Shown here: in pieces, positions 11,171 through 23,615 of the stretch
How the letters are laid out: the number at the start of each line of letters is the position of its first letter
How positions within the stretch are numbered: position 1 is the first letter of the stretch
Source: Narcine bancroftii
Taxonomy: Eukaryota
Assembly: GCF_036971445.1 (NCBI RefSeq)
Contig: NC_091473.1
Coordinates: 215,946,001 to 216,010,000 of the forward strand
Direction: 5' to 3'
Length of the DNA stretch: 64,000 nt
Translations under genes and position numbers: made by a program
The notes under the pieces: generated by a model
Seen by the model: only the letters and a program-made list of their open reading frames with translations
Databases searched by the model: none
Told to the model about the DNA's origin: nothing

Positions 11171-11709
11171 AGCGGCGCGGCAGGGACCTGGGCCCGGAAG
11201 GTTCCAGAAGCCAGATGGAGCTGGAGGAGGGTGGGCTCCTCGGCATTGCTGGCCCGCGCCTTCCACAGCGCCGACCTGGTGGGGGACAAATTGGTGGTGT
11301 ACGGGGGGAGGGGCTCGGCGGACCCCCAGGAGAGGCCGTTGTCTAATGCCGTTGTCCTGGGGGCTGGCTTACTAGAGGTGGAGGGGGTGGTACCAGATGG
11401 ACCCCCTCGCAGTCACCATGGCACGGCAGTGATGCAGGGACGCTGGCTCCTGGCAGTGGGAGGGTGGGATGGCAGGAGGAGGCTGGCTGGCCTGCAGGCC
11501 CTGGATTTGGGGGGTTCAAGCCCGCCCTCCTGGAGGCTGCTGGAGCCCGAGGTGGGCAGCCAGCAGCCTGCGGGGCTGAGTGGCCACAGTGTCACCAAGC
11601 TGAGTGAGCAGCGGTTGTGGGTGGTGGGACGGGAGGGAGGTGTCCGCACCCAAAGGAGGTTCAGCAGCATCTTCCAGCTCCACGTCAACATCCAACGAGG
11701 GAGTTACCG
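11171..11709 (+). CDS. KLHDC9: Kelch domain-containing protein 9, main exon
   Basis: WSWR..LLARAFHS, PPRSHH, GRWLLAVGGWDGRRRLA, PAGLSGH, GREGGVRTQRRF match KLHDC9. ttgcag acceptor, gtgaga donor. Confidence 0.92.
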
Positions 11710-11849
11710 GTGAGAGCAAGGGGAAGGGGAAGGGGATGGGTGAGGGTGATGGGGAGGGGGGTGTGGAGAGGGATGGAGTAGAGAAGACAGAAATCAGGCT
11801 GTATTTTGATGTATTTGGGATCTCAGACCCTGATACGCAGTCCGGATCT

Positions 11850-12135
11850 GATTGTGTAGTGGGGTACCCTGGAATCAGATCATGTATTGTGGTGCCGTGG
11901 AATAGAGATTGGTGTGTTTGGGATTGGACTATGTATCAAAGTATGGAATCATACTGTGTACTGGGGTCAGGGATTAGACTGTGTGTCTGGGTGTGGGATC
12001 AGACTCTATCAAGGAATGGGTTGGACTGCGTATTGGGGTCTGGGATCAGACTGTGTATCAAGGCTTGGGATAGCACTGTGTATTGGGGTCTGGGATTGGA
12101 CGATGTACCAGGGCCTGGGATCAGACTATGTATTG
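11850..12135. repeat. Degenerate ~27-bp repeat (gggatcagactgtgtattggggtct), resuming at 13815-13955
   Basis: Recurrent gggatcagactgtgtat on both sides of the Penelope insertion. Confidence 0.7.
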
Positions 12136-12136
12136 G

Positions 12137-13812
12137 TAAAAATAAATTGCTGGAGAAATCAGCAGGTCAGTTATGTAGCGAAGGTAAAAATACAAATAAC
12201 CAACGTTTTGGGCTTGTGCCCTTCATATAGGTATGGAAAATTGACAGCAGAGTCGGGGGGGGGGGGGAGGGGGGAGTGTGGTCACAAAGGCTGGAGGTGA
12301 CAGGTAGAGAAGGGAGGGAGGGGGCAGTAGTGATCAAGGGGAGGAGGGATGGCTGGGTGAAGGGAGGGGGAAGGGGGAAACAGGTTAGCAGAAACTGGAG
12401 AAATTGATGTTAATGCCATCTGGCTGGAGTGTGCCCAGATAGAAAATCAGGTGTTGTTCTTCTAATTTATGGGTGGTCTTGGTGGGATCGTACACAAGGC
12501 TACGGACAGACATGTGAGCATGGAGGTGTGACACACAATTGAAATGGTCAGCCATTGGGAGGTCTCTGTTATAGGAGTGGACAGAGCAAAGGTGTTCAGT
12601 GAAGTGATCGCCCAATCTGCGCCCAGACTCTCCAAAAGCCACAAAGGGAACACTGAATGCAGTAAATCAGTCCTGCGGATACAAAAGTGAAGTGGTGCTT
12701 CACGTCAAAGACCTGTTTGGGGCCCCGGACCATGGTGAGGAAGGAGGTGTGGGCACGTGCGGCACCTCCTGTGGCCACAATACAAGTTGCCATGGGAGGG
12801 GATGGGTGGGGAGAGATGAGTGCATGAGGGAGTCACGGAGGGAGCAGTCGCTACGAAAGGCCGAGAGGGGAGGAGAAGGAAAAATGTATCTGGTGGTGGG
12901 GTCCCACAGTAAGTTCCGGAAATTCTGGCGGATAATGTGTTGGATGCGGAGGCTGGTGGGGTGGTGGGTGAGGATGAGGGGATTCATCTGGGGGCAGAGG
13001 GGGCCAAAGGAGATGGAGGAGATGCAGGTAAGGGTTGAGTTGATAGTGGGGGAGGAGAAGCCACGTTTGTGGAAGAAGGCAGACATTTTGGAAGATCTGG
13101 ACTGGAAGGCCTCATCTTGGGAACAGATGTGGCAAAGATGGAGAAATTGAGAGAAGGGGATGGAATCCTTGCAGGGGGCAGGGTATGAGGAGGGAGTTAG
13201 TGGGTTTGTAATATATATTAGTGGAAAGTTTGTCTCCTGAGATGGAGATAGAGAGATCCAGGGAGGTGAGAGTGTTGTCAGTGATGGACCAGGTGAGTTT
13301 GAGATCAGGGTGGAAGTTGGCAGCAAAGTGGATGAAGTTGAGAAGTTCATCGTGGGTGCTTGAGGCAGCCCCGATGTAGTCGTTGATATACCGGAGGAAG
13401 AGTTGGGGGGGGGTGGTCTTGCCTGTGCAGGCTTGCAAAATGGATTGCTCCACAAAGCTCACAAACAGGCCAGCGTAGCTGGGTCCCATGTGGGTACCCA
13501 TGGCTACTCCTGTGATTTGGAGGAAGTGAGATGAGTTAAGGGAGAAATTATTTAGAGTGAGGACAAGTTCTGCCAGGTGGAGAAGGGTGGTGGTAGAGGA
13601 TAACTTGACGTCTCTGGTCCAGAAAGAAGCAAAGAGCTTTCAGACCTTCTGTGTGGGAGATAGAGATATAAAGGGACTGGACATCCATCATGAAGATGAG
13701 ATAGTCTGGTTTAGGGAATCTAAAGAGATGGCGGGCATGTGAGATGTTGCGAATGTAGATGGGGAGGGATTGGACCAGGGGAGAAAAGATAGAATTAGAG
13801 TAAGATGAAACT
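12137..13812 (-). mobile_element. Penelope-like retroelement (RT C-terminus, GIY-YIG endonuclease, pLTR), degenerate
   Basis: MDVQSLYISI, MGTHMGPSYA, FLRYINDYIG, YYKPT, CKDSIPFSQF, LIYCIQCSLC, GESGRRLGDHFTEH, EEQHLIFYLGTLQPDGINI. Confidence 0.88.
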
Positions 13813-13985
13813 GCACAGGACTGTGTATCAGGCTGTGGGATCTGACTGTGTATCATGGTCCAGGATCAGACAGTATATCTGGGTCTGGGATCAGACTGTG
13901 TATTGAGGTGTGGGATTGGAGCATTTATTGGGGCATGGTTTGGATTGTGTATTGACCCCAGCCCTGACCCTCTGTCCCTCCCCAG

Positions 13986-14136
13986 GTACAAGGAGCAGGC
14001 CTCGCACTCAGACTCACGCTCCGGACATACGGCCATCCTGTGTCAGAATGGCAGAAACTTCCAGCTTCTCCTACTCGGGGGACGCAACACCCCCTTCTTC
14101 CAGCTTGCTGGGCAGTGGGGTGAGGGTGAGATCAAG
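13986..14136 (+). CDS. KLHDC9: KLHDC9 exon
   Basis: YKEQASHSDSRSGHTAIL...LLLLGGRN...AGQWGEGEIK. cag/gtcagt, phase consistent. Confidence 0.9.
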
Positions 14137-14626
14137 GTCAGTGTCGGGGTCAAGGTCAGAGGAGAGGGAGGGGAGGGTTAGTGTCGGGGAGGGGAGAGGG
14201 AGGTGAATGTTGGGGAGAGGAGGTGAGGGTCAGTGTCAGGGAGGGGAAAAGGAGGTGAGTGTTGGGGGAGAGAGGTGAGGGTCAGGGCTGACAATGACAA
14301 TGGTTTCCAAAGATTGCAGTGGGGTCTTGATCAGTTGACCAGGTGGGAAGGGGGTAGTGGAGGAGAGCTGGGGGAGGGGTGAAGGAGAGCTGTGAGGAGG
14401 TCGTGGAAGGAGAATGAGGGAGGTCTGTATAGGGAAGACGGTGAGGGAGGGGTTTGGGGAGGTGGGGAAGGAGGGTGTGGGAAAAAGTGGAATTGTGGGA
14501 CGAGGGGAAGTGGGAGAGTGGGGCATGGGGGAAAGCGGGTAAGCATGGGTCGAGGGAAAGAGTCCTGGCGAGGGGCATATGATGGAAACTGTGAATGAGC
14601 CTGCCCACTCATCTGATTGTCCTCAG

Positions 14627-14825
14627 GATCGGCCCCCCTCTGCTCCACGCCTGGTTGAGAGATTGAGCTCCCTGATCGCGGATAGGTTGGTGACTCCCAG
14701 CATCCCGAGGGCCAGAAGACACCACTGCATGGTGCAGGTGGGACCTTTCGTGGTGCTGCATGGGGGAGAGTGCTTCAACAAGACCTTTGACACTGTCTGC
14801 AGCGACCTCTACATCTACGACACAC
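14627..14825 (+). CDS. KLHDC9: KLHDC9 exon
   Basis: DRPPSAPRLVERL...RHHCMVQVGPFVVLHGGECFNKTFDTVCSDLYIYDT. cag/gtgagt. Confidence 0.92.
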
Positions 14826-14857
14826 GTGAGTCTCCAACACAGCAATAGGGTGGTGCA

Positions 14858-15155
14858 GAGATTCTGACCATGCCCCGGGAGTGTGTGATGGGATACTGTA
14901 GAGGGAGCTGCCCCCTGGGTCTGACCCATGCTCCAAGAGTGTGTGATGGAATGGTGTAGAGGGAACTTCCCCCTGGGTCTGACCCGTGCCCAGGGAGTGT
15001 GTGATGGGATGGTGTAGAGGGAGCTTCCCCTGGGTCTGATCCATGCCCCGGGAGTGTGTCATGGAATGGTGTAGAGGGAGCTTCCCCCTGGGTCTGGCCT
15101 GTGCCCCAGGAGTGTGTGATGGGATGGTATAGAGGGAGCTTCCCCTGGGTCTGAC
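14858..15155 (-). repeat. ~58-bp satellite family array filling the last KLHDC9 intron
   Basis: About 5 units of gggagtgtgtgatgggatggtgtagagggagcttccccctgggtctgacccgtgccc (G-rich orientation on +). Confidence 0.9.
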
Positions 15156-15218
15156 TCGAAAACGTGGATGGGATGGGCTGACGCGACCGTTGTCTGATCC
15201 TGTTCCCTCTGCCCTCAG

Positions 15219-15385
15219 GACCCAATGCACAGCAGTGGTATCAGTTCCCTCCCAGTGACCCAGGGCTGAAGAGGGTCGGACACAGGATGGTGGTGCTGGG
15301 GGAGCAGCTCTGTGTGATTGGGGGTCTGGGCCCAGACGGCAAGCACTGCTCCCCCGATATCTACACCCTGGATATAGCCACCTAA
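15219..15385 (+). CDS. KLHDC9: KLHDC9 terminal exon
   Basis: PNAQQWYQFPPSDPGLKRVGHRMVVLGEQLCVIGGLGPDGKHCSPDIYTLDIAT*. AATAAA at 15434-15439. Confidence 0.92.
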
Positions 15386-15559
15386 CGCCTGCAGTGTCCT
15401 GGGCTGTTACTGGTCAGGAGCCCATGTGCTCCAAATAAATCAGTGACAACAGGTCACTGAAGGTACATCATATTTGGGCCAACAACTCCATACTTACCAC
15501 TGGATCCCATCTCTTTCCATTCCACCTTCTATCTGGACTCTGGTTCCCCACTCCTTGGC

Positions 15560-16205
15560 CATGTTCCCCGTACTCCCCACTCTCCCTGTTCAAGTGTTCC
15601 CCCTATAACCCACTCTTCCCTTCCATGTTTTCCCCGTACTCCCCACTCTCCCCGTCCATGTGTTCCCTGAACTCCCCACTCTCCCCGTCTGTGTGTTCCC
15701 CATATTCCCCATTGACCCCGTCTGTGTGTTCCCTGAACTCCCCACTGTCCCCGTCTGTGTGTTCCCCGTACTCCCCACTCTCCCCATCTGTGTGTTCCCC
15801 GTACTCCCCACTCTCCCCGTCTGTGTGTTCCCTGTACTCCCCACTCTCCCCGTCTGTGTGTTCCCTGAACTCCCCACTGTCCCCGTCTGTGTGTTCCCCG
15901 TACTCCCCACTCTCCCCGTCTGTGTGTTCTCCGTACTCCCCACTCTCCCCGTCTGTGTGTTCCTCGTACTCCCCACTCTCCCCGTCTGTGTGTTCCCCAT
16001 ACTCCCCACTTTCCCCGTCTGTGTGTTCCCTGAACTCCCCACTCTCCCCATCTGTGTGTTCCCCATACTCCCCACTCTCCCCGTCTGTGTGTTCCCCGTA
16101 CTCCCCACTCTCCCCGTCTGTGTGTTCCCCATACTCCCCACTCTCCCCGTCTGTGTGTTCCCCGTACTCCCCACTCTCCCTCTCTGTGTGTTCCCTGTAC
16201 TCCAC
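15560..16205. repeat. 33-bp minisatellite (tccccactctccccgtctgtgtgttccccgtac)
   Basis: About 18 homogeneous units, explaining the 11-aa periodic ORFs in several frames. Confidence 0.95.
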
Positions 16206-16209
16206 TCTC

Positions 16210-18120
16210 CATCCATGGGAAGAGATAGCTGGGGCATTACTGATGATCTTTGAATCCTCTTTGGCCACAAGGAAGGTGCAGGAGGATTGGAGAATGGTAA
16301 ATGTGGTCCCTCGTTTTAAAAAAGTAATGGGGAGAATCCAGGGAATTATATCAGTGGTGTGCAAACTATTGGAGAGGATTCTTATGGGCAGGATTTATGA
16401 GCATTTGGAGAATTACAGTCTACTCAGGGATAGGCAGCATTTCTTATGAACCTAATTGAGTTTTATGTGGAGGTAACAAAATAAATGGATAAAATGTAGG
16501 GCAGTAGATGTGATATATATGAATTTTAATTTGGTTTGCATAGTGGTTAGCTGATTCGGTGCCAGCAACCGGGACTTGGTTTCGAATCCAGTGCTGTCTG
16601 TAAGGAGTTTGTACATTCTCCCTGTGTCTGTGTGGGTTTCCTCCCATGGTTCAAAATGCACTGGGGGTTGTAGACCAATTGGGTATAATTGGGCAGCATG
16701 AACTTGTGGGATGATTTTTTTTAGATTTGACAAGTCACCCATGAGAGATTTGTTCAGTAAGTCATGGGACATGGGATCCATAGAACTTTGACTGTGTGGG
16801 TTCGGAATGAGCTTGCAGAGAATGATAGGGGCAGAAAGTATTCTGTCTGGAGGTCAGTGACTAGTGGAGCTCCACAGGATTTGGTTCTGGGACCCCAGGT
16901 CTTTGTGATTTTTATAAATGAGCAGGATGTGGAAGGATGGGCCAGTAAGTTTACAGATGGTGGAGGAGTTGTGGATGGAGTTGAAGGTTGTTAACAAGAG
17001 GATATAGACAGGCTGCAGATTTGGGGAGAAAAGTGGCAGATGTGTGAGCTGATGCATTTTGGAAGTTCAAACCTGAAGGCTGAATGGAAGGTCAATGTCA
17101 GATAATTAGCAGTGTGGAAGAACAGAGGAACCTTAGGAGTCCAAACCCATAAATCTCTCAAGGTGGCTACGCAGATTGATAGGGTAGTTAAGAAGGCCTA
17201 TGGGATGCTGGGCATCATTAGTCGGGGGACTGAATTCAAGAGTTGAGCGGTCATGTTGCATGTCTGGTGAGACCACACTTGGAATATTGTGTTTAGTTCT
17301 GGTCAACTCATCACTGATGCAGACCCATGGAGGGGGGGAGTGGAGACACAGCTCTCCTGCAGGGTCCACCCATCTAGCCCGACTGCCCGTTATCTCCGTC
17401 CAGGCTTCAAACGGCCCGTTAAAGGCAGTGCCTCTGATTGGCAGCAGCCACAAGGGATTGCAGGCTCCGGGGAGAGCAGAGGACTGGCGCAGGGCACCAG
17501 AAAACAGGGAGACCATCTGAGAAGGAGAAGCAGAGGAGATGACCCACGGGACAGTGACCATGGCAGCGGATCAGTGAGGGGTTCTGCTATTGATGACTTG
17601 AGGCAAGGAATCATGCAGGCTGTGGGCTGCTGGAGACTGTGGTCAAGGGACTCACACCAGGCTGAGGACTGCTGGAGACTGGCTGAACGGGTACCAGAAA
17701 TGGGGATGCGAGAGGGAGCCAAAGGTGCTGAAAGGCTTCTGCTTGTGTCGTATGTTCGTATCTGGAGCTCGGGTTGCCGATGGTTTGGACTGGACTCTAT
17801 GTGGCTCCAGAGGCTGCGGGAGCCCTGTAGGTGAATCCACGGACACTCGGCGACTCTCTTTTGCTTCTCTTTCTGACTGAGCTTCAGGAAATGTTTGCTG
17901 ATAGCGACTCTGTCTACCTTACAGCAGACAAAAGGCAATTTTGTGTAATACTGTTTTTTATTACGACAATAAATTGAATCCTGAATCTTGGAAGCTATGG
18001 AGAGGATGCAGAGATTTGCCAGGGTGTTGGCTGGATTGGAAAATAAGTCTTATGAGGCACGGTTAGCAGAGCTGAGACTTTTCTCTTTGGAACGTAGGAG
18101 GATGAGAGGAGACTTAATGG
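16210..18120 (+). mobile_element. Fragmented CR1 LINE RT region with nested SINE and an unclassified insert (~17310-17990)
   Basis: EDWRMVNVVPRFKK, VCKLLERIL, VTSGAPQDLVLGP..FVIFIN. The CR1 sequence resumes at ~17990. Confidence 0.75.
16537..16712 (+). mobile_element. tRNA-derived V-SINE/HE1-like SINE
   Basis: A/B-box-like tagtggttag and ttcgaatcc, then the core ctgtctgtaaggagtttgtacattctccctgtgtctgtgtgggtttcctcc. Related copies at ~18710-18930(-), 19500-19720, 45750-45970 and 46595-46790. Confidence 0.75.
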
Positions 18121-18129
18121 ATTTCAGGA

Positions 18130-19400
18130 GGAAATAAGGCGAACATCGTGGGGTCAGCAGTGGAGAAGGTCAAGAACTTCAAATTCCTGGATATCAACAT
18201 CTCCTAGGATCTGTCCTGGAGCCTTCATGTTGATGCAATCACAAAGAAGGCTTGCCAGTGGCTATACTTTGTGAGGAGTTTGTGGAGATTCAGTATGTCA
18301 CCGAAGACTCTTGAAAACGTCTACAGGTGTACCATGGAGAACCTTCTGACTGGTTGCATCACTGACAGGTAAGGAGGTATGAATGCTCAGGACAGGAAAA
18401 ACTCCAGATGGTTGTTAATTTGGGCAGTGACACTCAGACACCAATCTTCACTCAATCCAGGGCACCTACAAGAGGTGGTGTTTTAAGAAAGCAGTCTCTA
18501 TCCTCAAGGACTGCCACCCCTCTGCTACTATTGGGAAAAAGGTACAGGAGCCTGAAGACGAGCCCTCAGCAGCACAAGGAGAGCTTCTTCCCCGCTGCCA
18601 TCAGATTCCTGAATGATTAATGAACCACAGACACTGCCTCTCTTTATCCACACACATATGGTGTCTACATACTTGTTCTCAGGTGTAGGAAATTTAATTC
18701 TAATTTAGAGATGCAGTACAATAACAAGCCCTTCTAGCCCATGAACCCGTGCCACCCAAAATATACCATGTGACCAACTAACCTCCTAACCCCATAACGT
18801 TTTGGAAGGTAGGATGAAACTGGAGCACCTGGAGGTTGCCCATACAGATATGGGGAGAACATACAAACTTCTTACAGGCAACGCTGGATTCGAACCCGGG
18901 TCACTGGGGCTGTAACTAACTGTGGCTACACACAGACTGCTGCCTGATAACACAGGGTTCTGAGGACTCCTTTCAGCTGGCACTTTCAAAGTTCTCCCCT
19001 CTGATTGTGGGCCTTGCCAAATCTCACCTCTACTTTCTGGGGTGGGGTTTAAGGAGATTGGACGTCATTGATACTCTATCCAATCAGTACAGGTGCACTC
19101 TGGAAAGTACACTAGCTGGTTGCATCACAGCCTGGTTTGGGAATACAAGGGTCAAGGAACGTAGGAGCCTGACACAGCCAGGTCCATCACAGGCTCCAAC
19201 CTCCCCATCCACTGCAGACATCTGTCAAGAAGGCAGCCAATGTCATCAAGGACCCCCCCCCCCCCCCCGCCGCCCCCATCACCCTGGTCACAAACTCTTC
19301 TATGACCCTCGGGCAGAAGGTAGAGAAGCCTGAAAACCAACAGTTTCAAGAAGTTTCTTTCTTACAGCTATCAGGCTCTTGAACCTTCCATTCTTACACT
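18130..19400 (+). mobile_element. Rex/Babar LINE 3' fragments with an intervening minus-strand SINE
   Basis: VEKVKNFKFL, YRCTLESTLAGCITAWFGN, SFFPAAIRFLN motifs. Confidence 0.7.
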
Positions 19401-20439
19401 CACCAGGGGGTGCTGCAACTCCACAAAAGGGCTGTCTGCTTCTCTTTTCTTGCACTATTTATCTTTTATATCTTTACAATTTAATTGCAGACTACCAGGT
19501 GGCATGTTTAGCACAACACTATTACGGTGCCAGTGACTCAGGTTCAAATCAGGTGCTCTCTGCAAGGAGTTTGCGTCCGTATGGGTTTCCTCTCTGGGCT
19601 CTAGCTTCGTCCCACGTACCAGCTGTACAGGGTTCGTGGGTTGATGTATATGGGTGTATTTGGGCGGCGTGGACTCATGGGCCAAATGGGCCAGTTACAG
19701 TTCTGTATCTCTAAATTAAATTAAAAATTAAAGCTGTTCTTTTTCTCTATGAAAGTGCTGCGAGGTTGCAGCCAGAAAGGATTTCAATACACACGGACCT
19801 TCTGGTATGACAATAAACATCATCCTTGATACGCTTCTATGTAAATGCTGCCTCCGGTTTTCCATCAGCAGGCATTTTGGAGCTGGATCAGTAGATTCTT
19901 ATGTCTCCCATCCTCGCTCCACCCTGAGCTGTGCGCCTCCTTCACCTGCAATGGTCTGCTTTGACACAGTGGACCTTTGGGACCATTCACCATTCGTGGT
20001 GACACTTGTGCTGTTCTCCAGAATCATGAAGGCTCCCAGCATACAGGACAAGAGCTTTAATATATTTTGCGATAGTATCTCAGTCCTGTCCAAGACTGAA
20101 CAACAGAAACAGTTCCACTCCACATCCAGCAACAGGTGGATAATGACAATAACATTTATCATTGTCCACATTGCTAAATGTACATTCTCACTGCAGCAGA
20201 ACAAGCATTTTTAAAGGAAAATGATCATAGTAAACTAATTGAATTAAATTAAAATATAATAATACATAAGAAAGATAAACGTTCACAGTGATCCTAGTGC
20301 AAAGGTGACTACCAACTGCAGACAGTTCTATTGTGCAGTTGGAGTAGTTCCTGATTAGGAATGCTACATTTAGAATGTAACATGTCTATCATTCTTTAAC
20401 TTTTGCCTACCATAAGGCAGACAGAGAGTTGCCACTTTG

Positions 20440-22495
20440 TCCAGCACCCCTCACAATGATCCCGGTAGATCACATCGAGGTGGAGGGGGGGGAGACACAA
20501 TTGATCCGCTCTGCTGCTCTTATAGCCTTGTGGATTGACCTCTGTTCCCATTTCTCTGCAGAAACTGCACCAAACTGTGATGCAGTCAGCTAGGATGTTC
20601 TCAATGGAGCTCCTATCAAAGCTTGACATAATGAAGGTTGCCCGCTTCAGTCTTCTCAGGAAGTGCAGTCGCTGTTGTGTCTTCCTGATGTGAGGTCACT
20701 GGTTAAGTGAATTTCAAAGAACTTGGTGCTTTCCACTTTCTCTACTACAGAGTTGTTGATGTGTAGTGGAGGGTGGTTGTTCCTGGTCCACCTGAAGTCC
20801 ACGATCATCTCCTTCGTCTTGTCCACATTGAGACTCAGGTTGAACTCCTGCACCATTTCACGAGATTTTCCACCTCTTATCTGTAGTGTGATTCATTGGT
20901 GTTGGTGATGAGGCCGACGACTGTTGTGACATCTACAAACTTGATGACACTGTTGGAGCAGGATCTGGAGTGGGGTGAGCACACAGCCCTGAGCTGCACC
21001 AGTGTTCAATGTTTTGCTGCCAACCCAGAGGGACTGTGGTCTTTCCGTTAGGAAGTCCAGAATCCAGTTACAGAGAAAGGTGTTGATTCCCAGTGAGGAC
21101 AGTTTCTCCACCAGCCTCTGGAGATTAATTGTATTAAACACCGAGCTGAAGTCAATGACCAGCAGCATGGCATATGAGGCATCGTTCTCCAGGTGGGTCA
21201 GGATGAAGTGAAGTGACAAGGCTATAGCATAGTCTGCAAAATGGTTTGTTCTATACGTACGCTTTGCTGTGTTCCATCACCAGATGCTCAAACCATTTCA
21301 TAATGGAGGTCAGTGCCACAGGGCAGTAGTCATTGAGGCCTGTTATTGTCACCCTCTTGGGTACCAGGATGATGGTGGCTGTCTTGAACCCTATGGGACT
21401 GGTGCAGTGAGCTGTTGAAGATGTCCATGAAGATCTCCGCCAATTGGTCTGTGCAGTTCTTCAGTACCCGACCAGTATGTTGTCTGGTCCCGCTGCCTGT
21501 GAGGGCTCACCTTGGATAGGGTTCTCCTCACCTCGGCTGCAACTACGCAGGGAGGCCCGTTCATCAGGGGCACACGGAGCTTTGTTTGGCATCATCCTGT
21601 TCTTGTCATCAAACTGTGCATAGATGTTTAGTCTGTCTGGAAGGGAAGTGTTATTGTCCTTAACTCGAAAGGTTGACGTGACCCGTTATAGTCTTGATCC
21701 CTTGCCATGTGCCTCATGTCACAAGAATCCTTGTTTGGATGCAGAGATCCAGGCCCGTAGGTCTACTGTGCGTATCCCTGCTTTGCCTTCTGGATTGCAT
21801 GGGTGAGTTCAGCCCTGGTTAATCTTAATGCCTTCCTATCCCTTGCCTTGAAGGAAACATCACAAGCTCTGAGAAGGGCCTGGATCTCTGCATCCAAAGA
21901 TGGATTCTGGTTAGCCCTGGTTGTGAAGCATTTGATCCCAGTGACATCCTTAATGGACTTCCTGATGTAGCCAGTCACTGAGCTCGTGTACTCCTCTATG
22001 TTTACGTAGGTGGCCACCTCCCTGTAACAGCTCCAGCACGGTCTTAAAGCAGTCTTGCAGCACTGTTGTGCCCCCATACACCTCTCCCTTCAACCCAGCC
22101 ACATCCTGATATGTGAACTAACCTAGTTCCGTTTGCCAGTGGTCTGAATGTCAGGGTTAGGACGGATATATGATCTGAGTAATCAAGGTGGGGGTGAGGT
22201 GCAGTCTTTATGCACTGGGGACGTTGGTGTACATCTGATCCAGGGTGTTCTCTCCTCTGGTGGCGAAGTTCACATGCTGTTGAAACCATGGTAAGACCAT
22301 TTTCAGGTTGGTGAGATTGAAGTCGCCAGCAACAATCACTGTACCATCAGGGTGTGAAGTCTTGGCTTCACAGATGGCACCATAAAGCTCCTTCATGGCT
22401 TCACCCTCATTAGCCAAAGGTGGAACATAGACTACGGCAATCAGCATGGCTGAGAATTCCCTGGGCAGGTAGAAGGGTCTGTATTTCCACCAGGA
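20440..22495 (-). mobile_element. Degenerate Rex/Babar LINE (APE endonuclease plus RT)
   Basis: [67 protein letters not shown]. Confidence 0.85.
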
Positions 22496-22496
22496 G

Positions 22497-23280
22497 GTGG
22501 AAAGGCAAATCTAAATAGTTCATATGCATTATATGGTAGGTTATTGAGATGTGCAGAGCAACAAAGGGATTTAGGAGTTGTGGTAAATAGTACCCTCAAG
22601 GCTGATACTCAGGTAGATGGTGTGGTGAAGAAGGCATTTGGAATGTTGGCCTTCATAAATCGGAGTATTGAATTCAAGAGTAGGAAGGTTATGATGAAAT
22701 TGTACAAGGCATTGGTGAGGCCAAATTTGGAGAACTGTGTACAGTTTTGGTCACCAAATTATAGGAAAGATATAAACAAGATAGAGAGAGTGCAGAGAAG
22801 GTTCACGAGAATGTTGACAGGATTTCAAGATTTGAGTTACAGGGAAAGGTTGTGCAGACTGGGGCTTTTTTCTCTGGAGCGTAGAAGATTGAGAGGGGAC
22901 TTGATAGGTGTGTTTAAGATTTTAAAAGGGACAGACAGAGTAAACCTGGATAGGCTTTTTCAATTAAGAGTGGGGGAGATTCAAACTAGAGGGCATGGTT
23001 TAAGATTGAAAGGGGAAAATTATAAGGGGAACATGAGGGGAAATTTCTTTACACAAAGGGTGGTGGGGATGTGGAATGAGCTTCCGACAGATGTGGTCGA
23101 GCCGGGATCATTGGTTACATTTAAGGAAAGACTAGATAGTTACATGGATAGGAGAGGACTGGAGGGGTATGGACCGGGTGCTAGTCAGTGGGACTAGGAG
23201 GGTGGGGATTTGTTATGGCATGGACTAGTAGGGCCGAACTGGTCTGTTCTGTGCTGTAAGTGGTTATATGGTTATATGGA
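22497..23280 (+). mobile_element. Relatively young CR1 LINE 3' end with uninterrupted 217-aa ORF2 C-terminus
   Basis: QRDLGV..KLYKALVRPNLENCVQFWSP..ERVQRRFTRM..LERRRLRGDLI..FFTQRVVGMWNELP. Tail ggttatatggttatatgg. Confidence 0.9.
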
Positions 23281-23615
23281 TGTGCATTTCTTTGCTTAAC
23301 TGAATGAGGCAAGCAAAGTAGGTATATTGAAGCAAGGCTGATGAAGGACAAGCACTGAGGTGAGAGGGCTAAATGTGTTTAACACAGAAGTCTGTTGGGG
23401 AAAATAGACAAGCTTTGCATGGGTGGGATGTAGAGGCATGCAAGGAGAGCAGGAAAAGAGATGGGGTTTTTGCAATAATAGCTGGAGGGTATCACAGTAG
23501 TCTTTGGAGAGGACAACTGTGTGGGGTGGTCACCTAGCAGTCATTGGGAGCTGGAGGATCAAATATGTAAAGAGATGGTAAAGCCTGTAAAAATAGCAAA
23601 GCTATTACTGTAGGC

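Noticed and set aside
15529-16449. Periodic ORFs (GESGEYGEHTD, SPLSPSVCSPY) resembling repeat proteins
   Set aside because: The 33-bp minisatellite is open in nearly all frames and runs into CR1 sequence, with no splice or start context.
16537-16600. tRNA-like A/B boxes
   Set aside because: They are heads of multi-copy SINEs, without a complete cloverleaf.
19807-20214. Overlapping ORFs of 135 aa (+) and 101 aa (-) in unique-looking sequence
   Set aside because: No recognisable motif or convincing splice sites, and the segment is embedded among TE fragments.
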